A program made the translations under genes and the position numbers. The notes beneath the pieces are model-generated. The model was not told the DNA's origin and ran no database searches. It saw only the letters and a program-made list of their open reading frames with translations. Below, piece by piece: positions 43,340-53,964 of a DNA stretch of 64,000 bases. Within the stretch, counting starts at the first letter, position 1, and each line of letters opens with the position of its first letter. The stretch is from positions 18,771 through 82,770 of IMG/VR virus record IMGVR_UViG_3300042868_012782; one strand, 5' to 3'. The DNA comes from a virus.

Positions 43340-45265
43340 ATGTCTTGGGTCCCGTTGCACGTTCATACTACGTACAGCTTGCTGGATTCTCAGTCTAAGC
43401 CCGACATGATTGCTGCTCGTTGTGAGAAGTTGGGCTACAAATCGTGCGCTATCACCGACCATGGAACACTAGCTGGAACAGTTTCCTTTTCAAAGGCTTT
43501 ACGCAAAAGGAACATCAAGCCGCTGCTGGGATGTGAATTTTACCTGTCGCCGAACGACCCCAAGATTAAAACTCCCGAGAATGGCGCTCACTCTCATTTG
43601 TGTGTGTTGGCAAAAGGTGAGGAGGGGTGGAAGCGTTTGATTCAGGCATCTTCACTGAGTAACAATCCCGATAATTTTTACAAGAAACCTAGGCTTGATG
43701 TTTTTACTTTGGGGCGCCTTATGGGCGGGCACGCCATTGCATTTTCTGGTCATCCAGGAAGTGACTTATGCAATGTTTTATTTTCTGAACCACGGAAAGC
43801 TTATACCTGCCAAACCTATGACGAGGCCAGAAATTTAGTTCCAACCGACTGGGAGTCTCGATTGACGGCTCTGGTCAGAAAATATCAAAATTCATTTGGC
43901 ATTGAGAACTTCTATATTGAAATTCAGACTGTTGATCAGGAAAATTTTCCTGCGGCAGCCGTCGCAGCAAAGGCTTTAAGATATTTTGCGAAAAAATACG
44001 GAATCAGGACAGTCGGAACGCCAGATGCGCACTATCCAGCACCAGAAGACGCTAGCGATCAGCGCGTATTGTTGGCTACGTCACTGCAGACAACGCTGCC
44101 ATCTATACGAGCAGCACTGGCTAAGCAGGAAGACATATCGCTTGGAGCTTTTTTTCGCAGTAATCGTTATCATATTCCATCTATTGAAGAGGTGCGATTG
44201 CTTCATACGCCTCAGGAAATTGAGGCCTCACTAGTCATATCAGAATTGTGTGGAGACTTTGATCTACTTGGCAAGCCAAATCTTCCTCAGTTTTCTTGCC
44301 CGGAAGGAGTAGGGGCAGACGAATTCTTGCGGAGACTGTGTAGGGATGGCTGGCGTCGCAAGTTGCCGTGGATTGAGCATGATGGATCGCATTATCACTC
44401 TTACGGAGAGCGGATTAGGAAAGAGCTTGGAGTAATTACGGAAGCTGGGCTGTCTCCTTATTTTCTTATTGTGTCTGAGTATTGTGGATGGGCGCGGTCG
44501 CAGGGGTGGCTTGTTGGAAAAGGTCGTGGCTCAGGTGCAGGATGCCTTGTGTCTTATCTCCTAGACATTACTGACGTTGATCCTGTCAAGTATTCCTTGT
44601 TGTTTGAGAGATTCTATAATGCTGGACGCAATCAGCCAGGAAGAGTGAGTCTTCCTGATATTGACTGCGATTTTCCTATTTCTCATAGAGACGAAGTCGT
44701 TCAGCATATGCGTGATCTGTATGGATCTGATAAGGTCGCCCAAATGGTGACGTTCAGCCGCCTGCAGGGGCGTGCCGCAATCAAGGATGTAATGAAGGCG
44801 CACGAGAAAGGAACATTCGACGAAGTCAATAGGATTACTGATCACATTCCGGATGAGGCGGCCATATCTGACGAACTCCAGGAAATGCGCGAGGACACCG
44901 GCGAAGCATCCATCATCCAGTGGGCACTAGAGAACAACGCAAACGGATTGTCGCCCTGGTGTCGATTGCTTGATGATGGAACGCTGGATGGTCCTCTTGC
45001 GGCCGAGTTTGCTCAGGCCATCAGACTGGAGGGAACTAAACGAAATCAGGGCAAGCACGCAGCCGGAGTCGTTATTGCTCCTAGATCATTGACTGATTGC
45101 TGCCCTATGGTATACGACAAGATTACGCAGCGTCAGATTTGCGGTTTGGAAATGGCTGACCTTGAGGCTATGGGTTTTGTGAAGTTTGACATATTAGGCA
45201 TTGCTGCTTTGGACAAGATTCAAGGGGTAGTGTCTCTTTTGAAGGGCGGTAAGGCTCGTGGTTAA
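43340..45265 (+). CDS. dnaE: DNA polymerase III alpha, N-terminal half (PHP + palm)
   Basis: LHVHTTYSLLD, ITDHG, GRGSGAG, PDIDCDF, HAAGVVI, KFDILG. Confidence 0.93.
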   Translation: MSWVPLHVHTTYSLLDSQSKPDMIAARCEKLGYKSCAITDHGTLAGTVSFSKALRKRNIKPLLGCEFYLSPNDPKIKTPENGAHSHLCVLAKGEEGWKRLIQASSLSNNPDNFYKKPRLDVFTLGRLMGGHAIAFSGHPGSDLCNVLFSEPRKAYTCQTYDEARNLVPTDWESRLTALVRKYQNSFGIENFYIEIQTVDQENFPAAAVAAKALRYFAKKYGIRTVGTPDAHYPAPEDASDQRVLLATSLQTTLPSIRAALAKQEDISLGAFFRSNRYHIPSIEEVRLLHTPQEIEASLVISELCGDFDLLGKPNLPQFSCPEGVGADEFLRRLCRDGWRRKLPWIEHDGSHYHSYGERIRKELGVITEAGLSPYFLIVSEYCGWARSQGWLVGKGRGSGAGCLVSYLLDITDVDPVKYSLLFERFYNAGRNQPGRVSLPDIDCDFPISHRDEVVQHMRDLYGSDKVAQMVTFSRLQGRAAIKDVMKAHEKGTFDEVNRITDHIPDEAAISDELQEMREDTGEASIIQWALENNANGLSPWCRLLDDGTLDGPLAAEFAQAIRLEGTKRNQGKHAAGVVIAPRSLTDCCPMVYDKITQRQICGLEMADLEAMGFVKFDILGIAALDKIQGVVSLLKGGKARG

Positions 45266-45551
45266 GAAAATGTCGCACGAAGACGAGATGGGATTATCAG
45301 CTAAGGTGGTTGCTCACAACATAGCCTTACTTGATGCATTAGCTGAGTTGTCAGAAGCTAAAACTAAAATTACCGAAGAGTTTGGACAGTTGATTAAGGC
45401 TCTTGTCATTAAGGCAGGCGGAGAAGTCAATGTCGAAAGCGTATTCATATCTGCTGCAGGAGATCCGTCATGTGTTCTGGGCAGCAAGATTGGTTCTGAT
45501 GATCTTAGCATCAGGGTTTGGGTTGAAAAACACGAGGTGAAAGACCAATGA
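45258..45551 (+). CDS. hypothetical protein
   Basis: Overlaps both neighbours. Confidence 0.6.
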   Translation: MVKKMSHEDEMGLSAKVVAHNIALLDALAELSEAKTKITEEFGQLIKALVIKAGGEVNVESVFISAAGDPSCVLGSKIGSDDLSIRVWVEKHEVKDQ

Positions 45552-46204
45552 ATTCCAATATCATAATATGTTTTGACTTTGAGACAGGCGGACTTGATAC
45601 GCGAACAACTGAGCCTATTGAGATAGCCGCCGTCGCTGTCAATCCTAGAACGCTTGCTCCTGTGCCCGACGGCACTTTCTACAGCATGTGCAAGCCCACA
45701 GACTTTTCTCTGCTTCAAGACCAGGCGTTGGCCGTAAATGGTAAGACGAGAGAGGAGTTGAAAAATGCTCCAGAGCAAGAAGCCGTATGGCGCTCCTTTG
45801 CTGGATTCATCAAGCGCTTTAATTCTAAAGGTAACGGTTTTGCTACTGCTCCAATTGCAGCAGGGAAGAACATCCGACTGTTTGACCTTCCTATTTTTAA
45901 CCGTCTCTGCGCTAAGTATGGTTTCGTAGATAAGAATGGCGATCAAAACTTGTTTCATCGCCGCAAGGTCTATGATTTGGAAGACATCTTAGAGTTTTGG
46001 TTTGAAAATTCCGACGAGCTTCCTGATCGTCGTATGGATACATTGCGCAGATACTTTGGAATTTCGACCAGCGGAGCACATACCGCAATGGTAGATGCTA
46101 AGCAGACTGCCGATCTAATCGTTCGTTTTATGAAAGTTCATCGATTTTATGCCCCTAAGATTAGCTTCAGGGGAGCGTGTGCTAGCAACACGGTGATTTC
46201 TTGA
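45548..46204 (+). CDS. DEDDh 3'-5' exonuclease (DnaQ-like)
   Basis: FDFETGG, N..LFDLP, AHTAMVD. Confidence 0.88.
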   Translation: MNSNIIICFDFETGGLDTRTTEPIEIAAVAVNPRTLAPVPDGTFYSMCKPTDFSLLQDQALAVNGKTREELKNAPEQEAVWRSFAGFIKRFNSKGNGFATAPIAAGKNIRLFDLPIFNRLCAKYGFVDKNGDQNLFHRRKVYDLEDILEFWFENSDELPDRRMDTLRRYFGISTSGAHTAMVDAKQTADLIVRFMKVHRFYAPKISFRGACASNTVIS

Positions 46205-47838
46205 CTCACTACACTATGAAGTGCGGATGTCGATGGCCAGAGACTGGTCCTCCTCAGAGAGAGGGCGGCCTGCCTTTGCTGGACGTCGACGTTGGTAAAC
46301 TTCCTGACTGCGTAATCGCATGGGACATGATGTCTCAGGGGATTACCAAGGGTATTTTTCAGCTTGAGAGTCGCTTGGGATCGCAATGGTCCAAGCGACT
46401 CAAGCCGCGGAACAATGAACACTTGTCTGCTCTTGGCGCGCTTCTTCGTCCTGGATGCTTAATGGCTAAGGACGAAAATGGCATTTCAATGACGGAGCAC
46501 TATTGTCGAAGAGTTAATAAAGAGGAACCTGCCGACTCCTTTCATCCTGCACTAGACGAGATACTTGGCTCTACCGAGCAGATCATGATCTATCAGGAAC
46601 AGGCTATGCAGATTGGTGCTAAAATTGCTGGGTTTGACCTTAAGAGCGTCGACAGACTAAGGAAGGCCATTGGCAAAAAAGATCAGAAGGAAATGGCTGA
46701 GGTCAGAAAGCTTTTCCTTGACGGAGCTGCTGAGCAAAAGGTTGTCCCCGACGAGATGGCCTTAGAGATTTGGGGATGGATTGAAAAATCAGGCAGATAT
46801 TCATTTAATCGTAGTCACAGCATGGCATACGGAATGACTGGCTATGACACAGCTTATCTCAAGTCTCATTTTCCCGTGCAGTTTTATACTGCATGGTTGG
46901 CCTTTGCCGAAGATAAGATCAAGCCAGATCAGGAGGTTATGGAACTAGTTGAAGATGCAAGAAGACAAGGAGTCAGCGTGCTGCCTCCTGACATTCGTCG
47001 CGGCGAAATGATGTTTCATTCAGACGGTATCGATATTTATTTCGGTTTGGGAAATATCAAGGGTTTGGGCGAAGCGAGCTTGCAAAAAGTTTTGATGCGT
47101 ATAAAAGAAGTAGAGGAACAAACAGGCAAATCGCTATCGCAATGGTGTTGGCTGGATTGGTTGATTAATGTTGGTTCTGGATCAACATCTGTGAGTCAGC
47201 GTCTTGCTATGTCGGGTGCCCTCGACATGTTTGGCATAAAGAGACAGCAAATGCTTGCAGAGCTTGAGGTTGCTGGATCAATTACAGATAAGGAATGGGA
47301 TCATTTGCGTAAGCACAACGCCACGGAAAACTACGATGGTTTTCTTAGTGCTTTGCGCGGTTTGGCTAAGCCGAAAAGGGAGGGGGGAGGATGTGCCAAT
47401 TTTAAGCGATCCTCTCTTGTCCGCGGCCAAGCTAATCTTTTAGAGTTTCCGCCCACGCCCCTAAACGACAATCCTGCGTGGTTGGCCTGGGCTGAGGAGC
47501 AGGCTTTTGGTTTTCCGCTGACATGTTCTCGAGTCGACGGCTGCGATCTGGCTGACTCTAACACTACTATTGGCGAATTTCTTGCTGGCAAGACAGGATT
47601 TTTGTTGTTGGGAGTTGAGATTCGATCAATTAGAATCATCAAAACTAAGAAAGGGACAGAAATGGCTTTCCTTTCTCTCGCAGACTCGTCCGGGGTTCTG
47701 GACGACGTTACGTGTTTCTCAGAGGCCCTAGAGGAGTACAGGCATCTCCTCACTCAGGGAAACACGATCCTTGTTCAAGGTGGTCGCGACAAAAAAAGAC
47801 AGTCGTTGATCATTAACAAGGTGTTTCAGTTGACTTGA
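46201..47838 (+). CDS. dnaE: DNA polymerase III alpha, C-terminal half (fingers, HhH, OB)
   Basis: GIFQLES, LLRPG, IYQEQ, FNRSHSMAY, GNIKGLG, TKKGTEMAF. Confidence 0.93.
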   Translation: MTHYTMKCGCRWPETGPPQREGGLPLLDVDVGKLPDCVIAWDMMSQGITKGIFQLESRLGSQWSKRLKPRNNEHLSALGALLRPGCLMAKDENGISMTEHYCRRVNKEEPADSFHPALDEILGSTEQIMIYQEQAMQIGAKIAGFDLKSVDRLRKAIGKKDQKEMAEVRKLFLDGAAEQKVVPDEMALEIWGWIEKSGRYSFNRSHSMAYGMTGYDTAYLKSHFPVQFYTAWLAFAEDKIKPDQEVMELVEDARRQGVSVLPPDIRRGEMMFHSDGIDIYFGLGNIKGLGEASLQKVLMRIKEVEEQTGKSLSQWCWLDWLINVGSGSTSVSQRLAMSGALDMFGIKRQQMLAELEVAGSITDKEWDHLRKHNATENYDGFLSALRGLAKPKREGGGCANFKRSSLVRGQANLLEFPPTPLNDNPAWLAWAEEQAFGFPLTCSRVDGCDLADSNTTIGEFLAGKTGFLLLGVEIRSIRIIKTKKGTEMAFLSLADSSGVLDDVTCFSEALEEYRHLLTQGNTILVQGGRDKKRQSLIINKVFQLT

Positions 47839-47846
47839 GGTGAATT

Positions 47847-48251
47847 GTGAACGAGTGCATTTTTATTGGTAACCTAACCCGAGATCCTGAAGTTCGCAGC
47901 GTTGGCACAGAACACCGCGTAGCAAGATTCACTCTTGCGGTGAACTCTGGTCGCAAAAGCAAGGAGGGGGAAGAACAGGTAGCTTACATAGATTGCGAAG
48001 TGTGGGATAAGGCGGCAGATGTTATTGCGAAATACATCACCAAAGGCAGCAAGTTGTGTGTGCAGGCAGTAGCACGCACAGAAAGCTGGGCAGACAAGGC
48101 TACTGGCAGTAAGCGCAGCGCTTTGCGATTTCGCGTACACAAGTTCCATTTTGTTGGAGTCAAAACCGGATCTTCGCCAGCAGCTGTTGGCGCAGAGATC
48201 GACGAAGAAGCAGGTTTTCAGCCTGACAACTCTGAGGAAATACCCTTCTGA
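47847..48251 (+). CDS. ssb: single-stranded DNA-binding protein
   Basis: IGNLTRDPEVR; C-terminal EEIPF. Confidence 0.95.
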   Translation: MNECIFIGNLTRDPEVRSVGTEHRVARFTLAVNSGRKSKEGEEQVAYIDCEVWDKAADVIAKYITKGSKLCVQAVARTESWADKATGSKRSALRFRVHKFHFVGVKTGSSPAAVGAEIDEEAGFQPDNSEEIPF

Positions 48252-49849
48252 TGTCTAAAATCCTTTTGGTCGGTGAGGCTACGTGGCTACAAACTGGATA
48301 TGCGACTTACATGTTGCAGATCGCCAGAAGATTGGTGGCCTCAGGCCATGAGGTGGGTGAGTTAGCCTGTTACGGCGACCCAAATGATCCAAGGCGGGCC
48401 GGGAGTCCCTGGCCCGCCTTTTTCTTGACTACCTTGAGTAGCGATTATCCGCCATGCGGATTTTATCAGTCTCAACCTGCGTCAGGCGCAACTGTTTTTG
48501 AGGAAGCAGTTCTTGCATTCAAACCAGACATAGTAATTTCTGCGCGTGATCCATGGACAGACGCATTCATCCACTACTCTCCCCTCAGGGAATTCTATCG
48601 ATGGATTTATATGCATCCAGTAGATGGAGAACCCCAAGATGAGGAATGGTTGGGCGCTGTGTCGCAAGCCGATGCGGTCTTGGCTTATTCTGACTATGGA
48701 CAAAATGTATTGGCACGTTATCCAGGAATTCGACTGGGTGGCGTAGCTGCCCCAGGTGCAGAAGCCGACATATTTCATCCAGTGGATCAAAAACAAGCTA
48801 GGAAAATGTTGGGGATTCCAGCCGACGCATTAGTCGTCGGAGCAGTAATGAGGAATCAGGGGCGCAAACTATACCCAGAACTGTTTGAGTCATTCTCAAG
48901 ACTGCTAGAGTCTGCACCCAGCCATATTTCTGAAAGATTATTTTTGTACTGCCACACCGCCTGGCCTGACGTGGGATGGGATTTACCCAAGTATCTTCTG
49001 CGTTATTCGTGTGCTCACAGGTGTCTTTTCACCTTTGGGTGCCGAGCATGCAATAGGCCGTTCTCCTCTCTGTGGCAAGAACCTGCTGCTGGGTGCCCCC
49101 ACTGCGGGTCAGATCTAGTTTCGACCCCCACAGCATCAATGGGGCTGCCTCGCAGCCTGATGGGGTCGGTGTATTCATCCATGGACGTATGCGTTCAATA
49201 CTCGGTGTGTGAGGGCTTCGGTATGCCCCAGGTGGAATCAGCCTGTTGTGCCACGCCAGTTATGTCGGTAGACCATACGGCAATGGCGTCTGTTTGTCGC
49301 CAAATCGGCGGAACAACCATACGGGTAGGAAGACATTTTACAGAAAATGAGACTGGGCGAATTCTAGCTCTTCCAGACAACGACCACCTAATTCAAGAAC
49401 TAATTACCTTTTTCTCGTCGCCACCAGCTCTTAGACGAGCATCAGGAATTCGTCAAAGAACGCTAGCGTTGCAGTCTTTCGACTACGATCTTGCGGGGCA
49501 GGTCTGGAAGAATGCTGTAGCTTCGGTGCCTCCGCCCGTATCGCTGTATAATCGCCCGCCCTTGAAACTTCCCGAAATGAAAAGGCCACCTGAGCACCTG
49601 CAAAACAGAGAGTGGGTTGAGCAGTCATTTATGAGTGCCTTGGGTATCGCCCCCATAAAAGCTGGCTATCTTGTTCAGCGAATGACCCGAGATCTCAATA
49701 GAGGTTATTCAGACACGTTGTTCGTGCCGTCGCAGTTCTGTCTCCCTGGGCCATGCGGAAGAATGTCGACCTTTGACAGAGATGCCGCCTGGAGGATTTT
49801 TGAAGCAGAGAGGAGACGGCTTGAGTTCTGGGAGGGGCGACGACGATGA
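48251..49849 (+). CDS. glycosyltransferase GT-B (GT4) with inserted Zn ribbon
   Basis: TGYA, RNQGRK, CRAC...CPHC, EGFGMPQVE. Confidence 0.88.
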   Translation: MSKILLVGEATWLQTGYATYMLQIARRLVASGHEVGELACYGDPNDPRRAGSPWPAFFLTTLSSDYPPCGFYQSQPASGATVFEEAVLAFKPDIVISARDPWTDAFIHYSPLREFYRWIYMHPVDGEPQDEEWLGAVSQADAVLAYSDYGQNVLARYPGIRLGGVAAPGAEADIFHPVDQKQARKMLGIPADALVVGAVMRNQGRKLYPELFESFSRLLESAPSHISERLFLYCHTAWPDVGWDLPKYLLRYSCAHRCLFTFGCRACNRPFSSLWQEPAAGCPHCGSDLVSTPTASMGLPRSLMGSVYSSMDVCVQYSVCEGFGMPQVESACCATPVMSVDHTAMASVCRQIGGTTIRVGRHFTENETGRILALPDNDHLIQELITFFSSPPALRRASGIRQRTLALQSFDYDLAGQVWKNAVASVPPPVSLYNRPPLKLPEMKRPPEHLQNREWVEQSFMSALGIAPIKAGYLVQRMTRDLNRGYSDTLFVPSQFCLPGPCGRMSTFDRDAAWRIFEAERRRLEFWEGRRR

Positions 49850-50982
49850 ATGTCTTGTACATCGGCAACTTTCATGATGGAACAGGCTACGCCAGAGCTA
49901 ATTCTGAATGCGCGGTAGCTCTTGATGCTGCTGGTGCGAATGTTATCTGTAGACCCATAGCGTTTAATGGGGGGCGAAAACCTTGTCCTGTCAGGATATT
50001 GCAGCTTGAAGATAAGCCAGTTCCAGAACGGATTGACGCTGTCATACAGCACACATTGCCTTCGGCCATGGTTTATGATGCCAGATGTGGAGTAAACGTT
50101 TCTCAGTTCTACTACGAGTCTAGTCATTTTCAGTCATCAGGATGGTCGCTGCGTCTTAATCAAATGGACTTGATCATCACGACTCCTGGAGTTTCAGAAG
50201 ATTCGTGCCGAAACAGCATGGTCAAAACGCCAACAGTAGGCATTCCGCTGCCGAGTGATCCATCTCGGTATTGTGTGTCGTATCCTGCGCCATCATGGCT
50301 CAGTCCATATATTCGCGACGAGAAATTTATTTTTTACACAGTTTCTGAAAACGTCAGAAGAAAAAATCTGGGCGGCTTAATCAAAGCTTTTTTGGTTGCG
50401 TTCCAAGCCACCGATCCCGTTGTGCTTGTTGTGAAAACTGGCGGCGACGGAAAGAAAGTCTACTCAATGATCCAGGAGTTGGCTCAGGGTCTAAAGTTGT
50501 GTCGTCATCCTGAGATCGTTGTTGTAACCGATCGCTTGTCAGACGACGAGCTAATGGGTCTGCACGGCAATGCTGATTGCTTTGTCCAAGCATCTTGCGG
50601 CGAGGCTTGGAGCTATCCTGCCTTTGACGCCATGGCAATGGGCAAAACTCCAATTGTGCCCGACACAAAAACGTATCGATCATATATTTCTAATGAGACA
50701 GGCTACTTGATCCCCACCTATGCCGAGCCTTGCTCTGGTGGAACTGACGAGCAGGTAGATCTTTATCGATCAGACGAATCATGGCAAGTTCCCTTTACTC
50801 TGGAGCTTGCTGATGCGATGCAGAGGGCTTACAGGGAGGAAAACCAGCGCAACACTAAGTCGTCGCTGGGTCTGGATGTGGCGTACCGATTCACCCCCGA
50901 AAGGGTCGGCAAGACTCTTCTGGAGGCTATAACCAATGCGGCGCAAGAAAAACTGGCAAGACTTCATGGGCGATCTTCGTGA
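49846..50982 (+). CDS. glycosyltransferase GT-B (GT4)
   Basis: TGYA, RRKNL, GEAWSYPAFDAMAMG. Confidence 0.88.
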   Translation: MNVLYIGNFHDGTGYARANSECAVALDAAGANVICRPIAFNGGRKPCPVRILQLEDKPVPERIDAVIQHTLPSAMVYDARCGVNVSQFYYESSHFQSSGWSLRLNQMDLIITTPGVSEDSCRNSMVKTPTVGIPLPSDPSRYCVSYPAPSWLSPYIRDEKFIFYTVSENVRRKNLGGLIKAFLVAFQATDPVVLVVKTGGDGKKVYSMIQELAQGLKLCRHPEIVVVTDRLSDDELMGLHGNADCFVQASCGEAWSYPAFDAMAMGKTPIVPDTKTYRSYISNETGYLIPTYAEPCSGGTDEQVDLYRSDESWQVPFTLELADAMQRAYREENQRNTKSSLGLDVAYRFTPERVGKTLLEAITNAAQEKLARLHGRSS

Positions 50983-51682
50983 GCGATCAGAGATCCCATG
51001 GCAAGAGATAAGGGATGCTGAATCTAGTCCTAGTGCTGGTGCTGGACACAAAAAACCAGGCAAAAGGATCTCTGCTAAAACACCAAATCAGCAGGTATAC
51101 CTGAATGCCATGAGTGATCATACCGTAACTTTGTGTACGGGACCAGCAGGGTGCGGGAAGACATATATGGCTTGCGGATTAGCTGCAAACTGGCTGTATG
51201 ACGATAAAATTAAAAAGATCATTTTGACGCGTCCGATTGTTGAGTGCGGACAACGACTAGGTGCTCTGCCCGGAACGCTCGGCGAGAAGACAGATCCCTA
51301 CATGGCTCCCATGTTCGATGCTTTTGGTGATTTTCTCGACCCCAAGTTTATCAAGACATGTAGGCAGAATCAAACTATCGAAGTGGTGCCCCTTGAGACG
51401 ATGCGTGGACGCACTTTCCACGATGCAGTTATCATTCTTGACGAAGCTCAGAATGTAACGCGAAGACAGATGAAAATGTTTATGACGCGTTTTGGACAAA
51501 ACTCAAAGGTGATTGTGTGTGGTGATGTTACGCAAACTGACCTGCCTCATTCCGAAGGGAATCCGTTAATGTGGGTTTGCGAAAGACTGGGACACCCCGA
51601 CATTGCTAAGGTCGTACTAGGTCCAGAGGACGTGCAGCGCCACGGACTGATCCGGCACATCCTTGAGCGCCTAGGCGAATGA
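50936..51682 (+). CDS. phoH: PhoH-family ATPase
   Basis: GPAGCGKT, LGALPG, MRGRTF, LDEAQN, GDVTQTD, RHGLI. Confidence 0.95.
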   Translation: MRRKKNWQDFMGDLRERSEIPWQEIRDAESSPSAGAGHKKPGKRISAKTPNQQVYLNAMSDHTVTLCTGPAGCGKTYMACGLAANWLYDDKIKKIILTRPIVECGQRLGALPGTLGEKTDPYMAPMFDAFGDFLDPKFIKTCRQNQTIEVVPLETMRGRTFHDAVIILDEAQNVTRRQMKMFMTRFGQNSKVIVCGDVTQTDLPHSEGNPLMWVCERLGHPDIAKVVLGPEDVQRHGLIRHILERLGE

Positions 51683-51750
51683 TTTGTTTCCGACGGTGGA
51701 GTGGTCGGGCATAGTATTGTCAGACCACGATTTCCAAAACGGGCAATCGC

Positions 51751-52743
51751 ATGGCGGAAGTCCTCAGCATCATTGACTCCTGCTTTCCAAGGATCCGCCC
51801 ACTGCGGATCCTTACATTCCCGACGCATGAACGATATCAAAGCACTCTGCGTAAAGTTGCAGCAGAGTTCTATCTCTGGCAAGGCGTCGGCATCAAGACT
51901 TGGGATTTTCGTTTTTCTCCTATGCCTCAAAACCACATCCTGCTTCCGCCAGGAGACAGTGGACCAGCACTACCTCCGTGGGTACGACCAGATTTAATTC
52001 TAAGTCAGCACGCTATTCAGTATCAGGCTGCTCTTGCGGCTGCTGATTTTTTTGGCGTACCATTAGTGCGAATGGAACACACGCTTCCCGAGCAAGGCAA
52101 CTTTTGCCCCAAAGGCGACTTCAACATCTATATCACCGAATATCAAAGATCGATGTGGGAAGGGGCGTCTTCCGATCCAATCATAAGAAATGCTATTGAT
52201 ACTGACTTTTTCTGCCCAACCGAAAATGCAGTAAGAGAACGCACATGCCTTTCGGTCGTGAACGACTGGATAAGACGTGATGCAGTGTGCGGTTATTCTT
52301 ACTGGAGAGAAGCATCAGCCAATCTCCCAACCCTCGTGGTGGGCGATACTCCTGGCCTCTCTGTCGCCGCCAAAGACGAGCGGGAACTTTTAAGCTTTTA
52401 TCGAAAAAGTCAAATATTTCTATGTACGGCTACGCATTCGACTTCCCCAGTCACTGTTCTTGAGGCGATGGCTGCGGGATGTTGCGTGATCGCGCATCGA
52501 ATCGCAGCCACCGAAGAAACAATTATACACAACGAAACAGGTTTTTTAGTTGAAAATCCGAGTCAGATGGCTGCTATGGCGCAGCGGCTTTTAGATAATC
52601 CACAATACTGCGCACAAATTGGTTCTAATGCCAGAACTCAAATTATCAAAAAGCATGGCTTAGATAACTTTACTCAAAGCTGGAATGCGGCACTTAAAGA
52701 AGCTGCTTCTGCACCATGGTGGAGGAGATTGTGGTCAAGATAA
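51751..52743 (+). CDS. glycosyltransferase GT-B (GT4)
   Basis: NAIDTDFF, PVTVLEAMAAG, ETGFL. Confidence 0.85.
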   Translation: MAEVLSIIDSCFPRIRPLRILTFPTHERYQSTLRKVAAEFYLWQGVGIKTWDFRFSPMPQNHILLPPGDSGPALPPWVRPDLILSQHAIQYQAALAAADFFGVPLVRMEHTLPEQGNFCPKGDFNIYITEYQRSMWEGASSDPIIRNAIDTDFFCPTENAVRERTCLSVVNDWIRRDAVCGYSYWREASANLPTLVVGDTPGLSVAAKDERELLSFYRKSQIFLCTATHSTSPVTVLEAMAAGCCVIAHRIAATEETIIHNETGFLVENPSQMAAMAQRLLDNPQYCAQIGSNARTQIIKKHGLDNFTQSWNAALKEAASAPWWRRLWSR

Positions 52744-53183
52744 GACTAAGCGTTGGCGAACCGTCAGTACCCATGCCTGGATATATTCAAGTTGATCCAG
52801 CGCGGCCGGTCGAAGGTCTCAGCGTAAGCGACCTATCTAGACTGTCGGAAGAGGGAGAAGCTTCGGAAATTTTAGCTGTGGATGTTCTTGATTTTTTTCA
52901 TCCGGAGCATCGGCACGCCATATTGTCACACTGGGTCTCTCGCCTGAATAAGGGCGGAGTGATTGTCTTAGGCACCCAGGAAATGGTGGAGGTGGCAAGA
53001 CTTTTCATGATTTCTGGAGATCATGAGGCTTTTCGGACTGCGATGTATGGCCCATCGGGGCGGCGACGCGTAAGCATGGGCACCCTGCCTGAACTTAAAC
53101 ATTCTCTAGCAACGCTAGGCCTAGAGATTGTTAAGTCTTATACGCGCAATAATTTTAGCTATGTGGAGGCAAAACGTGGATAA
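52731..53183 (+). CDS. minimal SAM-methyltransferase-like protein
   Basis: EILAVDVLDFF...W..RLNKGGVI; SAM motif I eroded. Confidence 0.55.
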   Translation: MVKIRLSVGEPSVPMPGYIQVDPARPVEGLSVSDLSRLSEEGEASEILAVDVLDFFHPEHRHAILSHWVSRLNKGGVIVLGTQEMVEVARLFMISGDHEAFRTAMYGPSGRRRVSMGTLPELKHSLATLGLEIVKSYTRNNFSYVEAKRG

Positions 53184-53964
53184 TGAACAGTTGGGAACGT
53201 CGTGTCGTGGTTGTTGTTTCTCCATTGTGGAGAATGGAAAACAAACCGGCTGCGAAGTCGATATGTTTCCAGTATTCAGGGAAACAGGGTCATTAGTTAT
53301 GGATGGCGACTATTTCAAGACTGTAAAGCGTTATTGCCCATATTACCGACCGCACAGCTGGACAGCAGGGATGGGCACGGATGAGTGCATACGCAAGATA
53401 CAGGGCGAACGCAAGCTTGAGATTGCAGCCGTCGTGTCTTGCGATGGCCGAACAATTGATGACGTTAAATTGACTGTCAAATCCCTAAATAGTCAAACCA
53501 TGCAGTTGCGTCAGGTGATTTTCGTCACTACTCCAAGAGTTGGTGCTAGGCCTCAAGATATTGTTGCTTTTTTGCGCGACTTAAAGCCTGGCTTTGAGTG
53601 GTCGGTCAGGGCTATTGCTGACGATTCATACACAGAGCTAGACGCCATTCATGATGGCTCATCAGATGCGCGCGGAGTATATTTACTATTCTGTGTCGCC
53701 GGTTTTCCTGTTTGCGATACAACAATTGAAGATCTTGACTATCAAGTCAATTGGCTTAATCGACGAATCGCAGCAGTTGACCCAAATTGCCTGCATGGCA
53801 CAATCGTTCAGTCAAATGTATACGTCATGGTCGGAGGATGGGCAGAAGTGGAATGGGAAAACGGCGAACGCATTGCGTCGGTAGTCGAAAAAATTCGGCG
53901 CATCGCTAAGGCTCAAGATTCTCCCATTATCGTCGTTGATGGGGCACTGCCTCATGAGGCATGA
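53176..53964 (+). CDS. Cys-rich N-domain plus degenerate GT-A-like domain
   Basis: CRGCCF...GC...CPYYR; TVKSLNSQT...VIFV; no DxD. Confidence 0.5.
   Translation: MDNEQLGTSCRGCCFSIVENGKQTGCEVDMFPVFRETGSLVMDGDYFKTVKRYCPYYRPHSWTAGMGTDECIRKIQGERKLEIAAVVSCDGRTIDDVKLTVKSLNSQTMQLRQVIFVTTPRVGARPQDIVAFLRDLKPGFEWSVRAIADDSYTELDAIHDGSSDARGVYLLFCVAGFPVCDTTIEDLDYQVNWLNRRIAAVDPNCLHGTIVQSNVYVMVGGWAEVEWENGERIASVVEKIRRIAKAQDSPIIVVDGALPHEA

Noticed and set aside
45200-46320. Split intein joining the DnaE halves
   Set aside because: No intein block A after the N-half and no HN-C/S/T before the C-half
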